Part shown: positions 24,472 to 35,113 of the stretch, piece after piece | How the letters are laid out: each line of letters starts with the position of its first letter | Position numbering within the stretch: the stretch's first letter is position 1 | Assembly: GCA_002269645.1 (NCBI GenBank) | Contig: NIVC01002307.1 | Location: 62,001 to 126,000, forward strand | Direction: 5' to 3' | Source: Macrostomum lignano | Lineage: Eukaryota | Length of the DNA: 64,000 nucleotides | The notes under the pieces: generated by a model | Told to the model about the DNA's origin: nothing | Seen by the model: only the letters and a program-made list of their open reading frames with translations | Database searches by the model: none | Position numbers and translations under genes: made by a program

Positions 24472-27089
24472 TCAGTTACGATCGGTGGCAACCGCGCACA
24501 CGGCGCACAGCTGCAGAAACTCGTCGGCGCCATCAGTCAGGGCCCGGTCGGCCAGGCCGATCTGCTCCAACACCCGCGGCCTCACCTGGTCAGTCAGCAG
24601 GTGGTCGTGCAGCTGGTTGAGCACCTGCTCGCCTGAGTAGCCGTCTAGCAGCAGGTTGCGCACCGCCTCGGTGACTGCGTCAGTTCGGCGCTGGTCAAGG
24701 GCGCCAGTCAGGACGGCGAAACGGTCGGGCGGCACCGCGCCGGACATTTCGTGCACCAGGCCGACGGTGAGCTGCTGGCCCGGGCCGGCGTACCTGGCAA
24801 GGCGGGTTGGATGAGAAAATGCACGGTTTCGATTCGAATCGGGGGGGGAGCTGAGGTGGCGCCCACTGAAGAATCGGGGGGGAGCTGAGGTGGCGCCCAC
24901 TGAAGAATCGGGGGGGAGCTGAGATGGCGCCCACTGAAGAATCTGGGGGGATCTGAGGTGGCGCCCACTGAAGAATCGGGGGGGGAGCTGAGTTGGCGCC
25001 CACTGAAGAATCTGGGGGGGGGAGCTGAGATGGCGCCCACTGAAGAATCGGGGGGATCTGAGGTGGCGCCCACTGAAGAATCGGGGGGAGCTGAGGTGGC
25101 GCCCACTGAAGAATCGGGGGGGGGGAGCTGAGTTGGCGCCCACTGAAGAATCGGGGGGGGAGCTGAGATGGCGCCCACTGAAGAATCTGGGGGGGGGCTG
25201 AGGTGGCGCCCACTGAAGAATCGGGGGGGGGAGCTGAGATGGCGCCCACTGAAGAATCTGGGGGGGGGAGCTGAGGTGACGCCCACTGAAGAATCTGGGG
25301 GGGGAGCTGAGATGGCGCCCACTGAAGAATCGGGGGGGGGAGCTGAGATGGCGCCCACTGAAGAATTGGGGGGGGAGAACTGAGATGGCGCCCACTGAAG
25401 AATCGGGGGGGGAGCTGAGATGGCGCCCACTGAAGAATCGGGGGGGGGAGCTGAGATGGCGCCCACTGAAGAATTGGGGGGGGAGAACTGAGATGGCGCC
25501 CACTAAAGAATCGGGAGCTTAGATGGCGCCCACTGAAGAATCGGGGGGAGCTGAGGTGGCGCCCACTGAAGAATCGGGGGGGAGCTGAGATGGCGCCCAC
25601 TGAAGAATCGGGGGGGGGGAGCTGAGATGGCGCCCACTGAAGAATCGGGGGAGCTGAGGTGGCGCCCACTGAAGAATCGGGGGGGGGAGCTGAGATGGCG
25701 CCCACTGAAGAATCTGGGGGGGGGAGCTGAGGTGGCGCCCACTGAAGAATCTGGGGGGGAGCTGAGGTGGCGCCCACTGAAGAATCGGGGGGGGGAGCTG
25801 AGGTGGCGCACACTGAAGAATCTGGGGGGGGAGCTGAGGTGGCGCCCACTGAAGAATCGGGGGGGAGCTGAGGTGGCGCCCACTGAAGAATCTGGGGGGG
25901 GAGCTGAGGTGGCGCCCACTGAAGAATCGGGGGGGGGAGCTGAGGTGGCGCACACTGAAGAATCTGGGGGGGGAGCTGAGGTGGCGCCCACTGAAGAATC
26001 GGGGGGGAGCTGAGGTGGCGTTCTCTGAAGAATCGAGGGGCGGGGAGCTGAGGTGGCGCCCACTGAAGAATCGGGGGGGGGGAGCTGAGATGGCGCCCAC
26101 TGAAGAATCGGGGGGGAGCTGAGGTGGCGCCCACTGAAGAATCGGGGGGGAGCTGAGGTGGCGCCCTCTGAAGAATCGGGGGGGGGGGAGCTGAGGTGGC
26201 GTTCTCTGAAGAATCGAGGGGCGGGGAGCTGAGGTGGCGTTCTCTGAAGAATCAAGGGGGGAGCTGAGATGGCGCCCCCTGAAGAATCGGGGGGATCTGA
26301 GGTGGCCCAGCCTCACCTGGCAGCGCTGTGCAAATAAGTGAGCGCCTTGCGCAGGTCGCCGCCGCTGGCGTCAACCAAAGCCCGCAGAAACTCGTCGGTG
26401 GCGGTCAGCCGTTCGGCTGAGCAAATCTCGCCGACTCGTTTGAGCAGAGCAGCCTGCGGCAGCGGTTTAAATCTGAACTTGGCGCACCGGCTGCTAATGG
26501 GTGGGATGATTCTAGACACATAGTTGCAGATCAGGCAGAACCGGGTGGTCTTGGCGCACACTTCCATTGTGCGGCGGAGGGCTGACTGTGCCGCCGTGGT
26601 CATGTTGTCGGCCTCGTCTAGGATGATCAGCTTCAGCGGCGGGCACGCTTTGCCGCTGGGCGGGATAAGAGGGTTGGAGATAAGCCGCATAGGATACTAC
26701 TTACTGTGCAGCTATGAGTAGCATTTTATGAGTTTTTTAGGCGAAAAGAAAAATCGATAAAAGTCGACTCACTCCGGTCGTTTAGCGTTGGCGGTCAGCT
26801 GGGCGAAAGTTTTCACTTTGTCGCGAATGACGCCGATGCCGCGCTCGTCGGAGGCGTTCAGCTCCAATAGGCGATCGCGGAGCAGGTCCGGGCCGAACAG
26901 GTCTCTGGGGCATGGGTAGATGGATAGATAGATAAAAAGATAAATAGATAGATAGATAGATGGATAGATAGATAGATGGATACATAGATAGATGGATAGA
27001 TAGATAGATAGATAGATAGATAGGTAGATAGATACATAGATAGATAGATAGATGGATAGATAGATAGATAGATGGATAGATAGATAGAT

Positions 27090-27127
<38 letters not shown>

Positions 27128-27197
27128 GGATGGATAGATAGATAAAAAGATAGACAGATAAATAGATAGATATATAAATACATAGATAGACAGACAC

Positions 27198-27228
<31 letters not shown>

Positions 27229-27491
27229 CACAGACAGCAGTCCCACCTGGCCAGGGCCAGGGCGGCGGAGGTCTTGCCGGTGCCGGGGCTGCCGTAGAAC
27301 AGCAGGTTTGGCAGGTCGGCTCCCTCGGCCGCGCACTTCTTCAGCACCGCCACCGCCTCCTCCTGGTGCGACACCTCGTCCAGAGTGGCTGGCCGGTACT
27401 TCTCCACCCAGGGCGTCGGACGTTTGGTCGACGACGCCGAGCGAGGCTTTGCGTCCGATTTGGAGGCGGCGAAGTTGAGCAGAAAGTTCTC
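24472..27491 (-). CDS. RFC4: Replication factor C subunit 4; exons 27247..27491, 26773..26904, 26317..26655, 24472..24793 (345 codons, no own ATG)
   Basis: PWVEKYRP, Walker [27 protein letters not shown], Walker B LIILDEAD and SRC motif. All junction phases match (2/2/2). Confidence 0.95.
24838..26308. repeat. ~31-38 bp minisatellite (G)nAGCTGAGRTGGCGCCCACTGAAGAATC in RFC4 intron 3
   Basis: About 40 direct copies with variable G-runs fill nearly the whole intron. Confidence 0.97.
26915..27236. repeat. (AGAT)n/(AGAC)n microsatellite in RFC4 intron 1
   Basis: Seen directly in the sequence. Confidence 0.97.
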
Positions 27492-27532
27492 CTGCAACCG
27501 AATAGTTTGCGAAAGGATCCAGAGTATTAGAA

Positions 27533-28372
27533 ACAACAGACCCCATCTATTAGACAGGCAATGGACTAACAGACCCCATCTATTAGACAGGAAATAGACT
27601 ACAAGACCCCATCTATTAGACAGGCAATGGACTAACAGACCCCATCTATTAGACAGGCAATGGACTAACAGACCCCATCTATTAGACAGGCAATGAACTA
27701 ACAGACCCCATCTATTAGACAGGCAATGAACTAACAGACCCCATCTATTAGACAGGCAATGAACTAACAGACCCCATCTATTAGACAGGCAATGAACTAA
27801 CAGACCCCATCTATTAGACAGGCAATGGACTAACAGACCCCATCTATTAGACAGGAAATAGACTACCAGACCCCATCTATTAGACAGGAAATAGACTAGC
27901 AGATCCCATCTATTAGACAGGAAATAGACTAGCAGATCCCATCTATTAGACAGGAAATAGACTACAAGACCCCATCTATTAGACAGACAATGGACTAACA
28001 GACCCCATCTATTAGACAGACAATGGACTAACAGACCCCATCTATTAGACAGACAATGAACTAACAGACCCCATCTATTAGACAGGCAATGGACTAACAG
28101 ACCCCATCTATTAGACAGGCAATGAACTAACAGACCCCATCTATTAGACAGGAAATAGACTACCAGACCCCATCTATTAGACAGGAAATAGACTAGCAGA
28201 CCCCATCTATTAGACAGGAAATAGACTACCAGACCCCATCTATTAGACAGGAAATAGACTAGCAGATCCCATCTATTAGACAGGAAGTAGACTAGCAGAT
28301 CCCATCTATTAGACAGGAAATAGACTACCAGACCCCATCTATTAGACAGGAAATAGACTAGCAGACCCTATC
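27533..28372. repeat. 33-bp minisatellite CCCCATCTATTAGACAGG(C/A)AAT(G/A)GACTA(A)CAGA upstream of RFC4
   Basis: About 25 copies with period 33. Confidence 0.96.
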
Positions 28373-28954
28373 TACTGGACTAGAAAATCATGACTTATCT
28401 ATTCGTGCAAAAATAATTTAATATCGAAGTCGCACAGCATAACATATATAAATATTGAATAGAATTAGTGACTTCGAATATAGCAATCGGGTGCCTCACA
28501 AAATTATTGGCATAACAGGAATTTTTGAATCAGTTAAATACGGTTTAATGACGTCACGAATTTTCTAATTTCAAATCAATAAACGAATTTCAGAAAAAAT
28601 TAAACTTTTAGAAGAGCTAACTAAACTAATAGAGTGGGAGCTATTTAGTGGCGAATAATGTAAGGGGCGCTGATTGTGAAAATGATAAAAGTAAAAAGAC
28701 AAATCGAACAAGGACGCGAATTTAGCAAGATTTAATTTAAAAATTACCGGAATTGTCAACAAATGAAAGATTTTTTGATTTTTATAGATGATTAAAATAC
28801 AAGCTTACTCACGGGTCACAATTGATTTCTTATAATAATAATGACTATTTACGGCAATAGGAGTTTTACGAGAGTAAGAGAGGATTATAGTTCATTAAAA
28901 CTGAATGGGAATCGAATGGGAACAAAAAATCAAATCGAAATTAAATGTCAAAAA

Positions 28955-29125
28955 GGGTCAAAGGTCACACAGGGTCAGGGGTCAAAGAAGATCAAAGGAA
29001 GACCAAACAAGCCCAAAGGTCAAACGTGGTCGAATTTCAAACAAGGTCAAAGGTCAAGCGAAGACCAAATGGCAAAATGGCGAAAAAATCAAACGAGACC
29101 AAAGGTCAAAGGTCAAACAAGGTCA
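28955..29125 (+). promoter_or_regulatory. Cluster of AGGTCA half-sites including three DR1 elements
   Basis: RGGTCA-A-AGGTCA at 28955-67, 29044-56 and 29103-15, plus single half-sites. Function is unproven. Confidence 0.3.
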
Positions 29126-29149
29126 CTTTACGCTAGCTAGGCCAGCCAA

Positions 29150-31779
29150 TCAAATCTGGCCGACCTCGTGCAGGTAGGCGGCCATCAGCTTAGTACCCTG
29201 GATGTAATTCCTCTTGGACAGTTTCTCATTCTGGCTGTGAGCTCCGTCGTCAGCTTGGCCCATGGGCAGCAGCAGCACATTCTTGCCCGTGCTCTCCTGC
29301 AGGCTAAGCGTCACCGGGATGCTGCCACCCTCCCTAGTCATGTCCGGCTCAACTCCGTACACAGTTTTCGTAGCCTTGGCGGCGGCCTGAAAGTGCGGAT
29401 GCTGGAAATCGCTGAACCAGTGCCGGCCCCCATGCTGAGGAATGATGCGGCACTGGTTGGGGCTGCCCCGCTCCCGGAACAGCCGTTCGCAATAGGCCAC
29501 CACTTTGGCGTTGACCTCATCCGGCGTCTGGTTGGGCACGATTCGAATGCTGAACTTGCCAATCACTCGGCGGGGTATCACCGTCTTGGCGCCTTCGCCG
29601 TAGAAAGCGCCCTCGATGCCGTGGACGCTGAGCGAGGGGAAACGCCAGCGGTGCTGCAGCGTCTTGGCCTGGAAATTGAAAGGCGTGGCGAATGAACTCT
29701 AGAGCGGCTTACTTATGGCGGGAGGCGGCGCCCACTGAAGACTCTGAGGAGGTGGCGCCCACTGAAGACTCTGAGGAGGTGGCGCCCACTGAAGACTCTG
29801 AGGAGGTGGCGCCCACTGAAGTCTTTTTGGGAGGTGGTGCCCACTGAAGACTCTGACGAGGTGGCGCGCACTGAAGACTCTGACAAGGTGGCGCCCACTG
29901 AAGACTCTGAGGAGGTGGCGCCCACTGAAGGCTTGGAGGTGGCGCCCACTGAAGGCTTGGAGGTGGCGCCCACTGAAGGCTTGGAGGTGGCGCCCACCAA
30001 AGGCTTGGAGGTGGCGCCCACCAAAGGCTTGGAGGTGGCGCCCACTGAAGACCCGGTGGGAGGAGATGACGACTGGGTAAGCCAGTTAGGGGCTATAACT
30101 CGATGAAGACCCCCTACTCACCTTAGAAGCGTGCAGCAGGCCGTGGAGGCCATTGTCAGCCTTGAACTCATCAACACTGAAGTCCATCTTATCGTAGAGA
30201 GCCTCCTCCTCAGGGGCGATTCTTAATGGATGATTGAGGGGGCGATTCTTAATTGAGGGGGCGATTCTTAATTGAGGGGGCGATTCTTAATTGAGGGGGC
30301 GATTCTTAATTGAGGGGGCGATTCTTGGTGGATGATTGAGGGGCGATTCTTGGTGGATGATTGAGGGGCGATTCTTAATGGATGATTGAGGGTCGATTAT
30401 TAATGGATGATTGAGGGGGCGATTCTTGGTGGATGATTTAGGGGGCGATTCTTAATGGATGATTGAGGGTCGATTATTAATGGATGATTGAGAGGGGCGA
30501 TTTTAATGGATGATTGAGGGGCGATTCTTAATGGATGATTGAGGGGCGATTATTAATGGATGATTGAGGGGCGATTCTTTGGGGATGCTCAAGGGGGCAC
30601 TTAGGCGATTATGAGTTGAAAGGCGATTTTCAGGTAACGCTTGAGGGCGATTCACAGAAGAATTGATCAATTGACGATTATACGAAAATACAAAATTTCC
30701 GACTTCACTCTCAACTCAAAGGGGGGGGGCATTTTTAAATCGCTAACACTAAAAAGCGAACCTCTTTGTAAGCCTCGACGGCATTGAGCCAGCCCAGCAC
30801 TGGCCCCTTGTCGTCGCTGGAGCCTCGGCCGTAGAGGTTCCCATTGCGCTCGGTGAGCTCGAACGGCTCAGTGTCCCAGCCGTCCTCTTTGGCAGCCGGT
30901 TGAACGTCCAGATGGCCGTAGATGAGCAACGTCTTCTTCTTGTCGCTGTTGGCGTTGCTGGGCAGATCCGCCAGTAGGCAGGGCGGCAGCTGCAGCTTGG
31001 TGCCGTCCGTTAGTTTCTAGGAATGGATACAAGTTGTAGAAAACTCAGATTTGAACTCCTTTGTAGCTAATCAGATTATCTTCACTTTAACTTATCGATT
31101 CCACCAGTTTCACGATTCTAAACTCCGGATTTCCCGATCCTAAACCCCGAATTTCCCGATCCTAAACCCCGAGTTTCCCGATCCTAAACCCCGAATTTCC
31201 CGATCCTAAACCCCGAATTTCCCGATCCTAAACCCCGAGTTTCCCGATCCTAAACTCCGGATTTCCCGATCCTAAACCCCGAATTTCCCGATCCTAAACC
31301 CCGAATTTCCCGATCCTAAACCCCGAATTTCCCGATCCTAAACCCCGAGTTTCCCGATCCTAAACTCCGAGTTTCCCGATCCTAAACCCCGAGTTTCCCG
31401 ATCCTAAACCCCGAATTTCCCGATCCTAAACTCCGGATTCCCCGATTCTTAACTCCGGATTCCCCGATTCCAAACTCTGGATCCCCGATTCGAAACTCCG
31501 AATCCCCGAATTCCAAACTCCGGATTCCCCAATTCCAAACTCCGGGGGAACTTTAACCTTGCCGCTTACCTGTTCGCCCAAAGGCGCCAATCGAACGGAG
31601 GCGCCCAGCGACTTCAGCTCATCAGCGGCCCGTTCCACCATGCGAACAACTTCGCCGCGATGATCTGGCCAGGCGCTGACTGACCTGACAGCGACAGCGT
31701 CGCGCAGTCGGTCGATGTAGCGCGACTGGTTGGCGTCGATGCGGCTGAATATGCGCTGCAGGTCGGCGTTAGCTGACAT
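29150..31779 (-). CDS. CNDP2: Cytosolic non-specific dipeptidase (M20); exons 31570..31779, 30762..31016, partial 30122..~30217, 29150..29668; about 110 central codons absent
   Basis: [48 protein letters not shown] and [10 protein letters not shown] are present. The EGMEE/ISDNY/DLHSG region was not found. Confidence 0.88.
29722..30052. repeat. 24-30 bp minisatellite GAGGTGGCGCCCACTGAAG(ACTCTGAG/GCTTG) in the last CNDP2 intron
   Basis: About 12 copies; the core is shared with the RFC4 intron 3 array. Confidence 0.93.
30212..30600. repeat. Minisatellite GAGGGGCGATTCTTAAT(GGATGATT) in a CNDP2 intron
   Basis: About 15 degenerate copies abut the truncated exon. Confidence 0.9.
31120..31545. repeat. 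22-bp minisatellite CCCGATCCTAAACCCCGAATTT in CNDP2 intron 1
   Basis: Period 22; degenerates toward 31545. Confidence 0.95.
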
Positions 31780-32502
31780 TTTGATAACGGAATTGAAGCA
31801 TGCATGCAGTTGTGCCGGGTGTCGGGCTTCTATAGGATTAGTAAGCATGTGTTTGATGTGACGGATAGCGAGAGAAAAGAGAATTACGCCCTAATGATGC
31901 TTGGAGACTATTTTTTGGGTGCATACTATCTAATTGGTTTTCTTTAGATTCGCTTTTTGATAACCATAATGTCAGAGAAATTTACATTAGCAAAATTTAA
32001 TAGAAAAAATACAGAACATCTAAGTGAAGTCAACATATTCCCCTTCGTTATGCGAAATTCAAAGTGAAAAAACGTAGAGACTTTTTTCGTATGGACAAAA
32101 ACGTATGGACAAACGTCAGCACAACTAGGCTTAAGAGGGACTGAGGGAATAATCCAAGAGTCAATAGCTAGCCCAGGCTTGAATGAAGAAAACTGTCTGT
32201 AGTCACACAGGATACATGTAGGTAGGATTAGTTCTGACCTGAGCGGATTAAGACGCGAGCAATAGAAGCAAATCCAGCAACAGCTGGTAGGATAGGCTGT
32301 TTTCTCGGACCCACGTGGCGAGTAACACAACAAGCCCCGATGAGCAGCAGCGATGATGTGGCAAGATTACAAGCTCTAGACCAAAATAGCATAAATAGGA
32401 CTGTACCACCGAGCCGAAAACATCCTACAACTCAAACACTCAAACGGTATATTGTCTCCGAGTGGAAAATACTAAGAATTCAATCAACATCCAGTCGATA
32501 CC

Positions 32503-33207
32503 ATGCAGCAACTGACCGCGATCCTGCTACTCGTCCTGTACGCATCGGCCCCGGCTGCAGCAATGCGAGACAAGGAGGAGGAAGAGCCCAAGCCCACCTA
32601 CAAGGTCACGGAGGAGGTCTGGTTCGAGGTTGAAATCAAAGATCTGGACGGACCGGGCGACGATTTTACTGGCAAGTTTACAATTGGTGTGTTCGGCGAG
32701 GACGCACCGGCCACTGCGATGAACTTTGTTGCCTTGGCTAAGGGTTGGCGATCGGCCAAGGGCGACGTGCTGCACTACAAGGGCACGCCTGTGCACCGGG
32801 TTGTGCCGGACTTTGTAGTCCAGATGGGCGACGTGACCCGCAAAGACGGCACCGGCGGCGCCAGCATCTTCGGCAAGTCGTTCAACGACGAGCCGTTCAT
32901 CTTGTCGCATCGAAGCCCTGGCTGGGTTGCCATGGCGAATCACGGCCCGGACACCAACGGCTCCCAGTTCTACATCACCCTAACCAAGGCTCGCTGGCTA
33001 GACAAGCATCACGTAGTGTTCGGCAAAATCCTCCGCGGTTTTGACGTCGTCAACACCATCGGCGAGGTGCCAACCAATTCGAAGAATGCCCAACCGAAGC
33101 GCAAGATACGCATCATTGACTGCGGCGTTGTCAGCATCAAGAAGCCGTACGTGCTGAGCAAGGACGAACTTGACGCCACAACTGACATAATGAGCCGAAG
33201 CGAATAA
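32503..33207 (+). CDS. PPIB: Secreted/ER cyclophilin (cyclophilin B-like PPIase), intronless, 234 aa
   Basis: Hydrophobic signal peptide; VTEEVWFEV, HRVVPDFVVQMGD, MANHGPDTNGSQFYIT and WLDKHHVVFGK retain the active-site R, F, Q, W and H. Confidence 0.93.
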   Translation: MQQLTAILLLVLYASAPAAAMRDKEEEEPKPTYKVTEEVWFEVEIKDLDGPGDDFTGKFTIGVFGEDAPATAMNFVALAKGWRSAKGDVLHYKGTPVHRVVPDFVVQMGDVTRKDGTGGASIFGKSFNDEPFILSHRSPGWVAMANHGPDTNGSQFYITLTKARWLDKHHVVFGKILRGFDVVNTIGEVPTNSKNAQPKRKIRIIDCGVVSIKKPYVLSKDELDATTDIMSRSE

Positions 33208-35113
33208 CTATCTAACAGGCATTGCAGCAGACAAGCTGTCAATCTTAATAATCTTTTAATTGCATATCCAGTCATTAGCAACTCTCATACAACGATACGT
33301 GCACACATCGCTAAACTTTGTTGCCTTAACCAACTAACAGTTAAATAAACCTAGCATAATAATAGTCAAAAGCATCTTTGGACTACAAAAAATGACTTAA
33401 AGACAAAAGCAGGTTTCAATTCTAAGCATTATATTAAACTATAATAATGACAATAACAAAGAAAGCAAATTTCAGAACGGCATTAATGCATCATTAAGGA
33501 GTGCGCCGCCTCCGAAAACAGGCAAAATTGAATATTTATTGAATAAATGTAAGCAAAAACAGCAAATTCAAAGGCTAACTAATAAATAAATAGTGATAGG
33601 AACATTATGAGGACTGAAATCTATAACAAAACCAGAGTATGTAAATCTCTTTGACAAAGTTTCATATGGAACGCTGTGTTTTCAGAAAACAATATGATTA
33701 AATTTTACTAATAATAGATAACCAAGCCAATGCTTGGAATGAAAAGCTGAATAATGCACCTTTTGCAGCCTACTTAATCCTCATCGCATTGAATAAGATG
33801 CCAATCAAGGACAAAAAGTTGAAGCCGATTATTAATGCCTCGGTCACCGCGTCTTTTTCGTCTATCATGGCACAAGTTGTGAGTTCAACTTCATGTCTCT
33901 CTTTTTTTTACATTGCTACTTATTTTTCATGATGCACCCAGGATCAACTATGCTGCAAAAATGTATTGTAAACTGCTACACACCGAATATAATCTATAAC
34001 AATGTTTTCATAGACATCTGAAAACACACTGCACAATTTATATAGTGTAATTATGAAAAAAACCGGAGATTAAAACACGCTTGTTAATATTTGGCTAAAA
34101 GCAACAAATTAAAAATTCAGATGGTTAATTCAAAGCCAGTTCAACATAAGCAGGTTACAATTATTGTAATGCATTGTTATTACGCTCGTAAATGGCAATA
34201 GCCTTACTGTAGCAGTTTGCCTTTTTAATCCACAGGTTTAGCCGGGCAAGAGCTGTGCTTGGTCATGGCGAACAGTGAGATGGCGACGACTGTGTATAGT
34301 AAAAATGCCAGGTTAAAATTAAACATAAGAGTCTAATATTACTAATTTGATATAATTAGATCAGAGAGGACCCTGATTAGATTCCTAATTTTTGCTAAAT
34401 TAGCAAACGCAAGACGAAACAGGAGTAAATATTATTATAATGCAATAGAAATCAAGTTAACAGATAGATTACAGGAACCGATAACAACAGACAGGTGACA
34501 AGTGATATAGGGTTACATTACCGAGATAGGAGGTTTTCATTTTGTCAGCACACAAATTGTTTTTGATAGAATGGAGACTCAATGTTCAGCTTTTTATATG
34601 ATATGCCTTTCATATAGCTCTATTCATTAAACTTTTCGTTGAGAAAAAATAGGATTCTACAATATGATTGTTTAACACCCTACGCACAGCTCCACTCATT
34701 GGTTTTATGAATCTATTTTATCATTCTTAGCTTAATGACTGGGTAACAAAATGGTGTAACTGATGATAAAATTGTACTGAAAAAAAACTAAAACCTCCTA
34801 TCTCGGTAATGTATTTTTTCTCGGTAAAACCGGCCTCCTAAAATTTTCCTAGAAACGTAGATTCTCGTCCTTCGGCTTAATTAGTCCTTGACAGTAAATT
34901 GCTGACTGGCTAAGCTTTTCAATACAAAAAGCCTATTATTAAAAAGGCACAATTGACACATAGTTTTTAAAAAATGAAAGTTCCGACAAGCGATATGGAA
35001 TAGTTTCAACTAATTTATAAGATTGTTGGTTTTGAAATTCGCCCCCAAAAGATTGGAAATCGAATGATTTTTTAGCAAGACAGCGTTCCATGCTGTTTGG
35101 CCAGCCGTTCAAC

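Noticed and set aside
24472-26316. Long Pro/Ser-rich ORFs (up to 479 aa)
   Set aside because: They are translations of the RFC4 intron minisatellite; only 24472-24793 is a real exon.
28389-28391. In-frame ATG as the RFC4 start
   Set aside because: It is followed by a TAG stop at the fourth codon (28382-28380).
29168-29695. 175-aa plus-strand ORF and similar antisense ORFs over MEF2, cyclophilin, LRRC56 and the LINEs
   Set aside because: These are shadows of GC-rich coding sequence on the other strand.
31120-31430. Telomeric repeat (CCTAAAC)
   Set aside because: It is embedded in a 22-bp unit, not a tandem TTAGGG or TTTAGGG array.
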